From positions 1-52,880 of the forward strand of contig JACPHV010000037.1 in NCBI GenBank assembly GCA_016188385.1: DNA of 52,880 bases. Reading direction: 5' to 3'. Numbering within the stretch: position 1 is the stretch's first letter; the number at the start of each line of letters is the position of its first letter. Shown here piece after piece: positions 1-7,395 of this stretch. The notes under the pieces are model-generated. The model saw only the letters and a program-made list of their open reading frames with translations. It ran no database searches and was not told where the DNA came from. The position numbers and the translations under genes are program-made. This stretch comes from Candidatus Uhrbacteria bacterium (GTDB lineage Bacteria > Patescibacteriota > Patescibacteriia > JACQRZ01).

Positions 1-109
1 CGCGTACAAAACCAAAAATTTCCTTACCAATCCATTTTCGGCGGGGGGTGTGGGGGGAGCCGCTAAAAAAATGAAAGGAAATTTTATGGTTTTGTTTCCG
101 CCGCTTCAC
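1..109. repeat. Left arm of a perfect inverted repeat, cut by the window edge; exact reverse complement of 6481..6589
   Basis: A block-by-block reverse complement of 6481..6589 equals 1..109. Identity stops at 110/6480. The arm contains the G-tract GGGGGGTGTGGGGGG. Confidence 0.95.
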
Positions 110-121
110 CATGTAGAAATT

Positions 122-140
122 ATATGGCAGTTTGGCATAT
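122..140 (+). promoter_or_regulatory. Candidate controller-protein operator (imperfect palindrome ATATGGCA-GTT-TGGCATAT)
   Basis: 8-bp arms with one mismatch, about 30 nt upstream of the XRE-family gene start at 169. Confidence 0.25.
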
Positions 141-168
141 TACGCAATGGAATACAAGATACTAATAT

Positions 169-390
169 ATGCCTAGAGCGATATACAAAGAAGAACATCA
201 AAAAATTGTAGAACGTTTGAAAAAGGCGCGGGTTGAAGCTGGTCTAGATCAGGTTGCTGTTGCTGAAAAACTTGGGGAAACTCAATCTTATGTTTCGAAA
301 ATAGAATCGGGACAAAGGCGTTTTGATGTATTGCAACTTAAGGAATTTGCAAAAATTTATAAAAAAGACATTTCTTATTTTATTCAATGA
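169..390 (+). CDS. XRE-family helix-turn-helix protein, probable R-M controller (C) protein
   Basis: 73 aa with a typical HTH_3 pattern (LDQVAVAEKLGETQSYVSKIESGQR). Its stop overlaps the next start (ATGA at 387-390). Confidence 0.8.
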   Translation: MPRAIYKEEHQKIVERLKKARVEAGLDQVAVAEKLGETQSYVSKIESGQRRFDVLQLKEFAKIYKKDISYFIQ

Positions 391-1580
391 CATCTCTCAT
401 AACAACACACTTCGGAAATAAAGACTTTGATATTAGGAAAAAATTTCCTGGTTATTCGCGCTTCATGGACCAAAAAGTTACACCTGATGTTTTGGCGTTT
501 ATTGCTGACTGCGTACTAAATTTACCAGATAGTGAATCGTTTACAGTAAGAGATATTTGGGAATCTGATTATTTTGAGAAAAATACGAAAGCAATATTTG
601 GGAAACCAGCACCTTCTAATGATTCGGCATTTTCTGAATACAACAAATTCATCGGACAACCACTGAAAACACTCGCCTACGCACAAGTGTTAAATGAAAG
701 AAAAGACGGAAACACAAATCGATATGCAATCAACAAAAAGGAGCTTTTGGAATATATTTCTCTCAACGAGAGGGGTGCGTTGGATTTTCTCTGTGAATAT
801 TTGATAAAGGTTCTAACTGACAGCGGTTTCTATTCACATTTTGAGACATATCGTGATCAAGTGAGCGCGAATCACGATTCCAGTAGTTTTGATACTTTCA
901 AACAAAGATTCCAACGCTTCATACGAGGCAACACAGAAATCAACGGAATTTTAGAGATAAATCGAATTTTCCCCAAAGTACTAAATCCACTCGCAGTTAA
1001 AGAAAATATTCCTGGAAGTGAAAAGGGGTACATGACTAAACATCCTTTCATGTTTAGCGAGTTGATGTACAACCGAACAAATTTCCGTGACCTGAAAAAA
1101 GCAAAAGGTGTTTCAAGACAAGAGGCTGTTGAACTTGTATCAGAGCAAAGGCAACAGGAGGATTTTACAGAATATCGAAATACGAAAGCAATGGAGCTTA
1201 TCAAGCGAAAATACACTGCGAGTGAGGTGCGAGATAAATGGGCGGATGGACCAGCTACTTATGTACATCACATTTTCCCACGCGCTAGGTATCGTGAGTA
1301 TGCTGCACATACAGAAAATCTTATTAAACTAACAGCCGAACAGCATTACGGGAATGCCCATCCGAGTGCTAGAACACAAGAAGTAGATCCTGATTACCAA
1401 ATACAATGTCTTCTCGCAAAATGCGACAGCATTGAACAGTCTTTGCGAAACGGAGAATTTATCTACTCAAAAGACAGTTTCATTTCCATGATAAATACTT
1501 GTCTCGGATTGGAGATAGATAGTCAATCATCTTTTGATGATTTACGAAAAGCACTCGCTCGCATACAGACCAAGGCTTAA
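387..1580 (+). CDS. Putative HNH-type restriction endonuclease
   Basis: 397 aa with a C-terminal HNH-like motif (YVHHIFPRARY...ENLIKLTAEQHYGNAHP). Translationally coupled to the C protein and convergent with the methyltransferase, overlapping it by 4 bp. Confidence 0.55.
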   Translation: MTSLITTHFGNKDFDIRKKFPGYSRFMDQKVTPDVLAFIADCVLNLPDSESFTVRDIWESDYFEKNTKAIFGKPAPSNDSAFSEYNKFIGQPLKTLAYAQVLNERKDGNTNRYAINKKELLEYISLNERGALDFLCEYLIKVLTDSGFYSHFETYRDQVSANHDSSSFDTFKQRFQRFIRGNTEINGILEINRIFPKVLNPLAVKENIPGSEKGYMTKHPFMFSELMYNRTNFRDLKKAKGVSRQEAVELVSEQRQQEDFTEYRNTKAMELIKRKYTASEVRDKWADGPATYVHHIFPRARYREYAAHTENLIKLTAEQHYGNAHPSARTQEVDPDYQIQCLLAKCDSIEQSLRNGEFIYSKDSFISMINTCLGLEIDSQSSFDDLRKALARIQTKA

Positions 1581-4117
1581 GCTGTCTTGGCTAAACCAAA
1601 GAAAAATACGGAATTGTTGTCAATATTTAATGACCTGGTTCCGTAATTTCTAGCAACCCTGTAAAACTCCACAAATTCATCTGAATTGTAGTATGCAAGA
1701 TTATCTTCGGTAACTTCAGTCTCTTCTTTCGGGATAAGTACAGCAACCGAGCCATCTACGATAGTGTCTTCTGGCAAAAAACACGCTCGCGGATTGTACG
1801 TTAAATTTGGAACTAGGACAGCTGTTTCGTGGTTAACATATTTTCCAATTGCCAAATTATCATACTCATCAACATACGAATCGTAGTTTGGTATATCTAC
1901 AATTACATTACTTCCGATATTTCTAGATTTAAGAACGCGTATTCGGCCTGATGATTTTGTAATTCTCTTTGTAATTTGTCGATCTCGGTATGCTTCAAAT
2001 ACTCCGAATTTAAGCTTGGATGCAACATCATCAAAGAAAGTATCGCGATAAACGAGCCAGTAAGGAAATTCGGGTGAACAAATATATTTTTGCTTCTTAA
2101 ACCCAATTTCATTTTTTACATAAGACTCCACCAAGGTTTGGTTATCTACCCCTTTCTTTTTTGTATTCAGAATTAGACTAATGGTTTCTATTTTTATTCC
2201 CTTAAATCCTCTTTCTCCATAGTCAGTGATTTTCTCAATCGCAAATTCAGCGACGTACTCTCGCGTGTCGTTAAATTCGGGAGTTGAAAGAAAGCTTTTA
2301 GGGATTATCAAGGCTACTGTATCGGCATGACTTATGGCCTTTTCCAAAAAGAAAGAAAAAAGATTATTAGTTCTTGAATTATGTTTGTTTTTCTTGTATT
2401 CAATCAATAAATTTTCGTTGTCGGTCAATTTACCGAAAGGAGGATTGCCTACAACACTATTGTAGTGAGTGTTTTCTGTAGAAAATAGTCCATTACGACC
2501 AAACAGCAAGAAATCTTCATTGATGAAATTGATTTTGAAATTGTCAGGAATATTAAGTTTTTGAACTAAAACTTTTAGAATTTCAATGGCGTTTGGATCA
2601 ATGTCAATCAAATCTATTTGCACATCTGGTACAGATTTGTATTTCTCAATTAGAAGCGGTAGAAAGTTTCCTGCACCCACTGATGGCTCAAGAATTCGTA
2701 AAGAGGAAAAATTTGAAGCATCTGGTAAATCTTTTACTACAGTGAAGCAAATATCTTGACGTGTGTAGTAAGCAGCGTGTTGGAGGCGGGCTGCATTTGC
2801 GAATTCTATAATTTTCGACAGCTCGGCATAAGAATAATGTTCGAGATTATTCTTTACAAAAGTTTTTATTTTTTCTACCGAATAAAGTTTATTTGTGTCA
2901 ATAATATTTTGCGCTTCTTTTTCATCCAAAATAACTTTCTGAATGGAAGTTTTGATATTTTCTGCAACTTGTCTAAAAATCACCGTTGGCACCGCTTCTC
3001 CAAGTGACTGTCGAATATTCATCTCCTCTTTCTTTAGAAACTTTCGTTTTTTCTCAGATGAAAGTTTGTTTAGATCTTCCTCCGAAATATCAGTCCACTT
3101 GAAAGAATCTGGAACGGACATAAGACGCATAACCTCGCGCACGCTAAATACACGATTATCAGACGGATGAACAGTTGCCTGACTTGCCATTATGTCATTT
3201 CTTGTATGTACACAAGCACCAGGCTTATCCCAATAACAACGCGAATATTTATCCCCATTTTTATTTTTATTAAAGACAATTTTTCCATCCACTATTTTGT
3301 GTGGCCGTCTTTTTGGGTCTTTGTTATCAAAAGCTGATTCTCCCTCTTTTGTTTTCTCAATCCAAGCAAGCATGTGCTCGGCATAGGGGCGGAAGTTGTG
3401 ATAGATATCCTCTGTATCTACTTCGCCCATTTGCTCAAGTGGCTTTAAATCACCAATCACTTCTCGTACAGTCCTTTCTTTCTGGAGTGTAGGCATAAAA
3501 TCTAGCGGTGTGATTTCCGGCATATCTTTCCGTACTCCGAGTACAAGAGTACGAGTACGACTGGATGGATTACCATAGTCCTTAAAATTAATTACTTGAT
3601 AGTGAATGTTATACCTGCCACCTAGATTTAATTCTATGGCCTCGCGAATTTTTTTATCCTTACCATCTATGTCAGTACATAAACTGTTAAGGAAAGCGCG
3701 CACATTCTCAAATAAGAAGAATTTAGGATTAAACTCACTAACTAACTTTACAGATTCAACAACAAGAGAATTACGGGCCAATTCGTCACCTTTTTTATGA
3801 TTTGCAACTGACATACCTTGGCAAGGAGGGGTTGCCATAAGAACATCCAATTCCTTTACACCATGATTCTTTTTCCAAAGATCAAACTCTTTGCGAATCT
3901 TTTCTTTTGTTTCTTCCTTGGTGATATCGTCAGAAATATATCCACTTTCGTAGCGGCACTTATGGTTATGTTTCTGTACATTTAGTCGTCGTTCAATAAT
4001 TTCATTAGTCGCAACACATTCAAAACCCTCTTGCTTAAAACCATAGCACCCAACACCAGCACTACTAAAGAGGCTGATATAAGTAAGCGGTTTATTTTTT
4101 TGATTTTGTTGCATCAT
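1577..4117 (-). CDS. Bifunctional DNA methyltransferase: N-terminal C5-cytosine MTase fused to a C-terminal N6-adenine (Eco57I/TaqI-like, gamma-class) MTase
   Basis: m5C motifs: FSSAGVG (I), TPPCQGMS (IV), FENV (VI), GEAVP (X). m6A motifs: EPSVGAGNF (I), GNPPFG (IV). Confidence 0.9.
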   Translation of the reverse strand: MMQQNQKNKPLTYISLFSSAGVGCYGFKQEGFECVATNEIIERRLNVQKHNHKCRYESGYISDDITKEETKEKIRKEFDLWKKNHGVKELDVLMATPPCQGMSVANHKKGDELARNSLVVESVKLVSEFNPKFFLFENVRAFLNSLCTDIDGKDKKIREAIELNLGGRYNIHYQVINFKDYGNPSSRTRTLVLGVRKDMPEITPLDFMPTLQKERTVREVIGDLKPLEQMGEVDTEDIYHNFRPYAEHMLAWIEKTKEGESAFDNKDPKRRPHKIVDGKIVFNKNKNGDKYSRCYWDKPGACVHTRNDIMASQATVHPSDNRVFSVREVMRLMSVPDSFKWTDISEEDLNKLSSEKKRKFLKKEEMNIRQSLGEAVPTVIFRQVAENIKTSIQKVILDEKEAQNIIDTNKLYSVEKIKTFVKNNLEHYSYAELSKIIEFANAARLQHAAYYTRQDICFTVVKDLPDASNFSSLRILEPSVGAGNFLPLLIEKYKSVPDVQIDLIDIDPNAIEILKVLVQKLNIPDNFKINFINEDFLLFGRNGLFSTENTHYNSVVGNPPFGKLTDNENLLIEYKKNKHNSRTNNLFSFFLEKAISHADTVALIIPKSFLSTPEFNDTREYVAEFAIEKITDYGERGFKGIKIETISLILNTKKKGVDNQTLVESYVKNEIGFKKQKYICSPEFPYWLVYRDTFFDDVASKLKFGVFEAYRDRQITKRITKSSGRIRVLKSRNIGSNVIVDIPNYDSYVDEYDNLAIGKYVNHETAVLVPNLTYNPRACFLPEDTIVDGSVAVLIPKEETEVTEDNLAYYNSDEFVEFYRVARNYGTRSLNIDNNSVFFFGLAKTA

Positions 4118-4158
4118 ATTTATTATAGAAGATATAAACTTTGCTGAGAAGGGCTAAA

Positions 4159-4827
4159 TCATTTTTTGATTACGGCAATAATTTTTCCGTTTATCATAAA
4201 ATCATCCTCACTCGAAACATAAATTGGCTTGTGTTTAGGATTTTTTGATTCAGAAATTAATTTTATATCTCCAGTTTTTGCATCTCGTTCAAATTTCTTA
4301 AGATTAGCCGCACCATCAATAATGGATAAAACATAATCTCCATTTTTCGGTGCTCTATATTCAGAATCAATTAAAACAAAATCTCCCTCTTCAAGATTTT
4401 TCTCATCAATCTTTGCGCGGTTCATAGAGTCACCTTCTACACGCAAAGCAAAAACTCCATCTTTTCGATTTAACTTGCTTCGTGAAATTTTTAAATAGCC
4501 CGCAATATTTTCTTCAGCAAACAATGTTGCAGGTCCGGCATTTGCCGCGCCCAAAACAGGAACACGAACAGAATCCATTCCTGTCTTTTCTAAAAAAGGA
4601 GTTTTCATCGTCCGATCTGCGTAAATACCAATTGAGCGTGGTTTGTTCGATTCTCTCTCTAAATATCCCTCTTCTTGCAATTTCTTCACATGATAGTGAG
4701 CAGACGATGGATAGTTTAGAAAATCAGAAAAATGCTCCGCTATATCTTCCAGAGAGGGAGCCACACCGTGCTCATGCGAGTACGACACTATAAAATCGTA
4801 TATTTGCTTTTGCTTTTTACTGATCAT
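4159..4827 (-). CDS. lexA: LexA-type repressor (winged-helix DNA-binding domain plus S24 self-cleaving peptidase)
   Basis: The N-terminus matches the LexA DNA-binding pattern (KQIYDFI...GVAPSLEDIAEHF...HVKKLQEEGYLE). An Ala-Gly cleavage site lies in GAANAGPA, with GDSM serine and a downstream lysine (NLKKF). The ATG at 4827 is preferred over the TTG at 4842. Confidence 0.85.
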   Translation of the reverse strand: MISKKQKQIYDFIVSYSHEHGVAPSLEDIAEHFSDFLNYPSSAHYHVKKLQEEGYLERESNKPRSIGIYADRTMKTPFLEKTGMDSVRVPVLGAANAGPATLFAEENIAGYLKISRSKLNRKDGVFALRVEGDSMNRAKIDEKNLEEGDFVLIDSEYRAPKNGDYVLSIIDGAANLKKFERDAKTGDIKLISESKNPKHKPIYVSSEDDFMINGKIIAVIKK

Positions 4828-4831
4828 TGTA

Positions 4832-4900
4832 TTGACATTCAAATTATTTTCAAATACAATATCAGTATACTTGAAACTTCAGACAGGAACAAGTATACTT
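4832..4900 (+). promoter_or_regulatory. Divergent control region: sigma70-like promoter TTGACA(4832-4837)-17 nt-TACAAT(4855-4860), followed by two AGTATACT palindromes (4864-4871, 4892-4899)
   Basis: Read directly from the sequence. The palindromes are part of 10-bp inverted arms AGTATACTTG/CAAGTATACT separated by 16 nt, at about +1 and +25 of the predicted transcript. Confidence 0.4.
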
Positions 4901-4927
4901 TATCCACACCCCCAAATACTTACACTT

Positions 4928-5845
4928 ATGATTATTAAGAAACGACGAATACGAGACATTGAGTCAAATCTGCCCGCCGTTAAAGACGGCCAGAAAATTA
5001 TTATTGGTGTTAAAAATCTGGATGACAAAAAAGTTCAGCTAAAAAGGGTGGGGTTTGAGAGTATAGATATCGGTACGTCTGTTCTCCCAAGTCCCGTGTT
5101 CGGTCCAGTCAGTAGATTCAACGCTAACGGAAAAAATTTAGTACACAAAGATAAACCAAAGGAAACAGCGTACAGAACCATTGAGTGGCATTGGAAACAA
5201 TGGCACGGGAAGGATACGATCGATATGTCAAAACTTGTCGATGTTCCGTACAAAAGATACCCCCGAAGCTTTGTTGCTCCGCCCAGCGTTGAATTAAAAC
5301 TAACCACATCCACAAAAAGAGAGGTGCTACTTGTGACGCCAATGTACACCATGGGTTCTGAAGTTGGTGCTCTGTTGCACGCAATCAATCTACTCCTTGA
5401 GATTTTTGGTGAATGTTATGTGTATACGGAAGATCTAGACGAAATTATTAAGACCGAGACCGTTCGTCTAAACTGGAAAATATTGCCCGAGGGAAAGCGA
5501 CCCTGGCAACAACTCAAGAACGAATTAAACCCCGTTATTTCAAAAGCCCGGAAAGGAAAGAGGAAATTTATTGAGAAGCGGCTTGAAACAATAAATGCGT
5601 TTGAACCAGAATTTACAGCAGTGGGCACTGCGGGGTTTGCGGGATATATAATTATGGGATTTCCTTCTTCAGATGTATTTGTATTGGAGAGTTTGTATTA
5701 CGGCAACGCAACCTATGTGCTCGGTACAAACTGGGAGTCGATCTCCAAATTCACAAAGGCGGAAATACTAAATGAGAACCTTCATAAAGACCGAATAATA
5801 CATCGTGTCAGCTGGTTCGATAAAATTAAGAGTGTATTTAAGTAA
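4928..5845 (+). CDS. Hypothetical protein (305 aa), divergent from lexA
   Basis: Long ORF with the island's AT-rich composition. The ATG at 4928 avoids overlap with lexA. I recognised no motif. Confidence 0.6.
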   Translation: MIIKKRRIRDIESNLPAVKDGQKIIIGVKNLDDKKVQLKRVGFESIDIGTSVLPSPVFGPVSRFNANGKNLVHKDKPKETAYRTIEWHWKQWHGKDTIDMSKLVDVPYKRYPRSFVAPPSVELKLTTSTKREVLLVTPMYTMGSEVGALLHAINLLLEIFGECYVYTEDLDEIIKTETVRLNWKILPEGKRPWQQLKNELNPVISKARKGKRKFIEKRLETINAFEPEFTAVGTAGFAGYIIMGFPSSDVFVLESLYYGNATYVLGTNWESISKFTKAEILNENLHKDRIIHRVSWFDKIKSVFK

Positions 5846-5849
5846 ATCT

Positions 5850-6146
5850 ATGTCTAATAAACGATCCAAGGTCGGGCAGAAAAAACACGATGAAAGCGTG
5901 CGGAAAACTGCCGACTGGTACAAAAATCAAGGATTCACAGTTAAAGCCGATCTACCAGGACAAATCAAACCTAAGAAAATAGGAGGATTTGTGCCAGACG
6001 TAATCGCAAAGAAAGGAAAGAAAGAAGTGATTGTTGAAGTAGAAACGAAGAAAACAGCAAGCGCAGACAAAGAGCAACAGCAAGCGTTTCGTGACTACGC
6101 AAACAGAAAGAACAGTCGTGTATTCCGAAAAAAGATAGCAAAATAG
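5850..6146 (+). CDS. Small PD-(D/E)xK (Hjc/restriction-endonuclease-like fold) nuclease candidate
   Basis: 98 aa with the pattern E-x(n)-GF.V-x(n)-PDVIA-x9-VEVETK (D...E.K core). Its ATG lies 4 nt after the upstream stop. Confidence 0.55.
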   Translation: MSNKRSKVGQKKHDESVRKTADWYKNQGFTVKADLPGQIKPKKIGGFVPDVIAKKGKKEVIVEVETKKTASADKEQQQAFRDYANRKNSRVFRKKIAK

Positions 6147-6211
6147 GATTGTTCTAGGGAGTTCCGCTTGCGCGCGCATGGGAGGGTTGGGACAAGCGCA
6201 ATATGATTTGC

Positions 6212-6247
6212 TTGTGCCATTCAGTAGTTTGGCACAATCTGCTTTTT
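6212..6247 (+). terminator. Possible intrinsic terminator after the 4928-6146 gene pair
   Basis: Stem TTGTGCCA/TGGCACAA (6212-6219 / 6230-6237), then TCTGCTTTTT. The T-run is offset by 5 nt, so the call is weak. Confidence 0.3.
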
Positions 6248-6480
6248 AGAGTTACCACGAACGCCACCGAAGCCACAGAGCGAACACGAAGCAAGCACCG
6301 AGCAGGCATCGCGAGCGAATGCGAGCGGCCAATGCGAGGTGATTGCGAAGTGTGAGCGGACTTCTGAACTACCACCAAACACGGAGAGGAAGCGCCTCGC
6401 ACCGACGCAAACGACGGAAGAAAGGGCGGACAGGATATCACCACTTTGCTATACTCAAATTACAAGCCCTTTCTGGAGGA

Positions 6481-6589
6481 GTGAAGCGGCGGAAACAAAA
6501 CCATAAAATTTCCTTTCATTTTTTTAGCGGCTCCCCCCACACCCCCCGCCGAAAATGGATTGGTAAGGAAATTTTTGGTTTTGTACGCG
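6481..6589. repeat. Right arm of the perfect 109-bp inverted repeat (partner 1..109)
   Basis: See the left arm. The match may continue beyond 6589, but the partner sequence lies outside the window. Confidence 0.95.
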
Positions 6590-6917
6590 CGACCAGAGGG
6601 AGCGTGCGAGGCGCGCAACATTCGCTTCACCACACGATCGGAGCGTACGATTGGGTTTCGAGCCACTACGCGCTCGGCGCGTGCGTCAGTCATCAAAATC
6701 CTGCGGATTTTGCTCATACAATGTTCGAACTTCGTCCAAAAAACACCGAATGAAATGGAGCGTAGCAAAATGTAATGAGGAGGGGAGCAACACAACTGCT
6801 TGTGGTGCGTGGGGATGAGAACGCCGGAGCGATATCCGGTTAGCAGACCGGATCGCGAGGCGGTGGCTAGACCGAGGTGAGCGACGGCGAGCCGAGAGTC
6901 GAAGCCGAATCCCCCCC
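6481..6917 (-). ncRNA. Candidate structured RNA with a tmRNA-like 5' end (ssrA?); the 3' boundary is a guess
   Basis: The minus strand from 6917 reads GGGGGGGAUUCGGCUUCGACUCUCGG, close to the remembered E. coli tmRNA 5' end GGGGCUGAUUCUGGAUUCGACGGGA. The region is GC-rich, has no credible ORF and holds many stems. I found no canonical T-arm/ACCA 3' end and no convincing tag ORF. Confidence 0.25.
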
Positions 6918-6994
6918 TCTCCGCCAATAGAAACTTCCGTCAAGAGGGGCTTTTGCGTAGGCCCTACATTATTGAATAATTTTTGCAGTGGAGT

Positions 6995-7360
6995 ATGGCA
7001 ACAATACAAGACACGTTTTTTCGCATTCAAGATACCAAGAAGAAACAGCGAGAGATTCGCTCGCTGTATCGTGAGGCGCTGAAAAAGTCACACAGTTATC
7101 AAGAGGTTCTTACTGATATGCAAACTCTGCGTGAAAAGAAAAAAAGAATTGAAGAAAACATTCGTACAGAATATGCACGCGATCTGGAGCAGCTTGACGC
7201 ATTGGTCGCAGAGCTAAAAGAAGATCATTCAAAACTTGCTGATATGGTGCTCTCATCCTTGATGCGCGGCGAGATTATTAAAGTGCGCGATACGCATAAT
7301 ACTGTCTATAATCCGATCGTCAAAGTGGCATTCAAAAAGTCCGACGAACAAGAACGCTAA
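6995..7360 (+). CDS. Hypothetical coiled-coil protein
   Basis: 121-aa ORF rich in charged heptad-like sequence. No recognised domain. Confidence 0.5.
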   Translation: MATIQDTFFRIQDTKKKQREIRSLYREALKKSHSYQEVLTDMQTLREKKKRIEENIRTEYARDLEQLDALVAELKEDHSKLADMVLSSLMRGEIIKVRDTHNTVYNPIVKVAFKKSDEQER

Positions 7361-7395
7361 ATTTACATAATCTTTTATTCATTAACAGATATCGT

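Larger units (their letters stand above)
110..6150. mobile_element. AT-rich accessory island (R-M system plus LexA-like module) lying between the inverted-repeat arms
   Basis: Composition by eye is about mid-30s %GC, against about 50-60% in downstream genes. The cargo is defence and regulatory genes. No recombinase is present, so mobility is only inferred. Confidence 0.5.

Noticed and set aside
4900-4908. Perfect DnaA-box 9-mers: TTATCCACA here and its complement TGTGGATAA at 33543..33551
   Set aside because: These are two isolated boxes 29 kb apart, with no cluster, AT-rich unwinding element or dnaA/dnaN nearby. Chance occurrence of a 9-mer once or twice in 53 kb on both strands is plausible, so I do not call an origin.
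110-6150. Search for an integrase, transposase, invertase or direct-repeat att sites that would define the island as a classical mobile element
   Set aside because: I recognised none in any frame, and only the inverted repeat was found. The region is therefore labelled an island with inferred, not demonstrated, mobility.
6696-6719. Possible tmRNA tag reading frame GCA AAA TCC GCA GGA TTT TGA TGA (AKSAGF, double stop) on the minus strand
   Set aside because: It is too short and lacks the usual hydrophobic ...(L/V)AA-type ending. The longer in-frame alternatives end in acidic residues. I therefore kept the tmRNA call at low confidence rather than annotating a tag.
6154-7030. Several 70-155-aa ORFs on both strands (for example 6460..6927 minus, 6343..6753 plus)
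   Set aside because: They mutually overlap in a GC-rich tract, with implausible Arg/Ser/Pro-rich translations and no start-site context. One frame reads straight through the inverted-repeat arm. I treated the region as non-coding, probably structured RNA.
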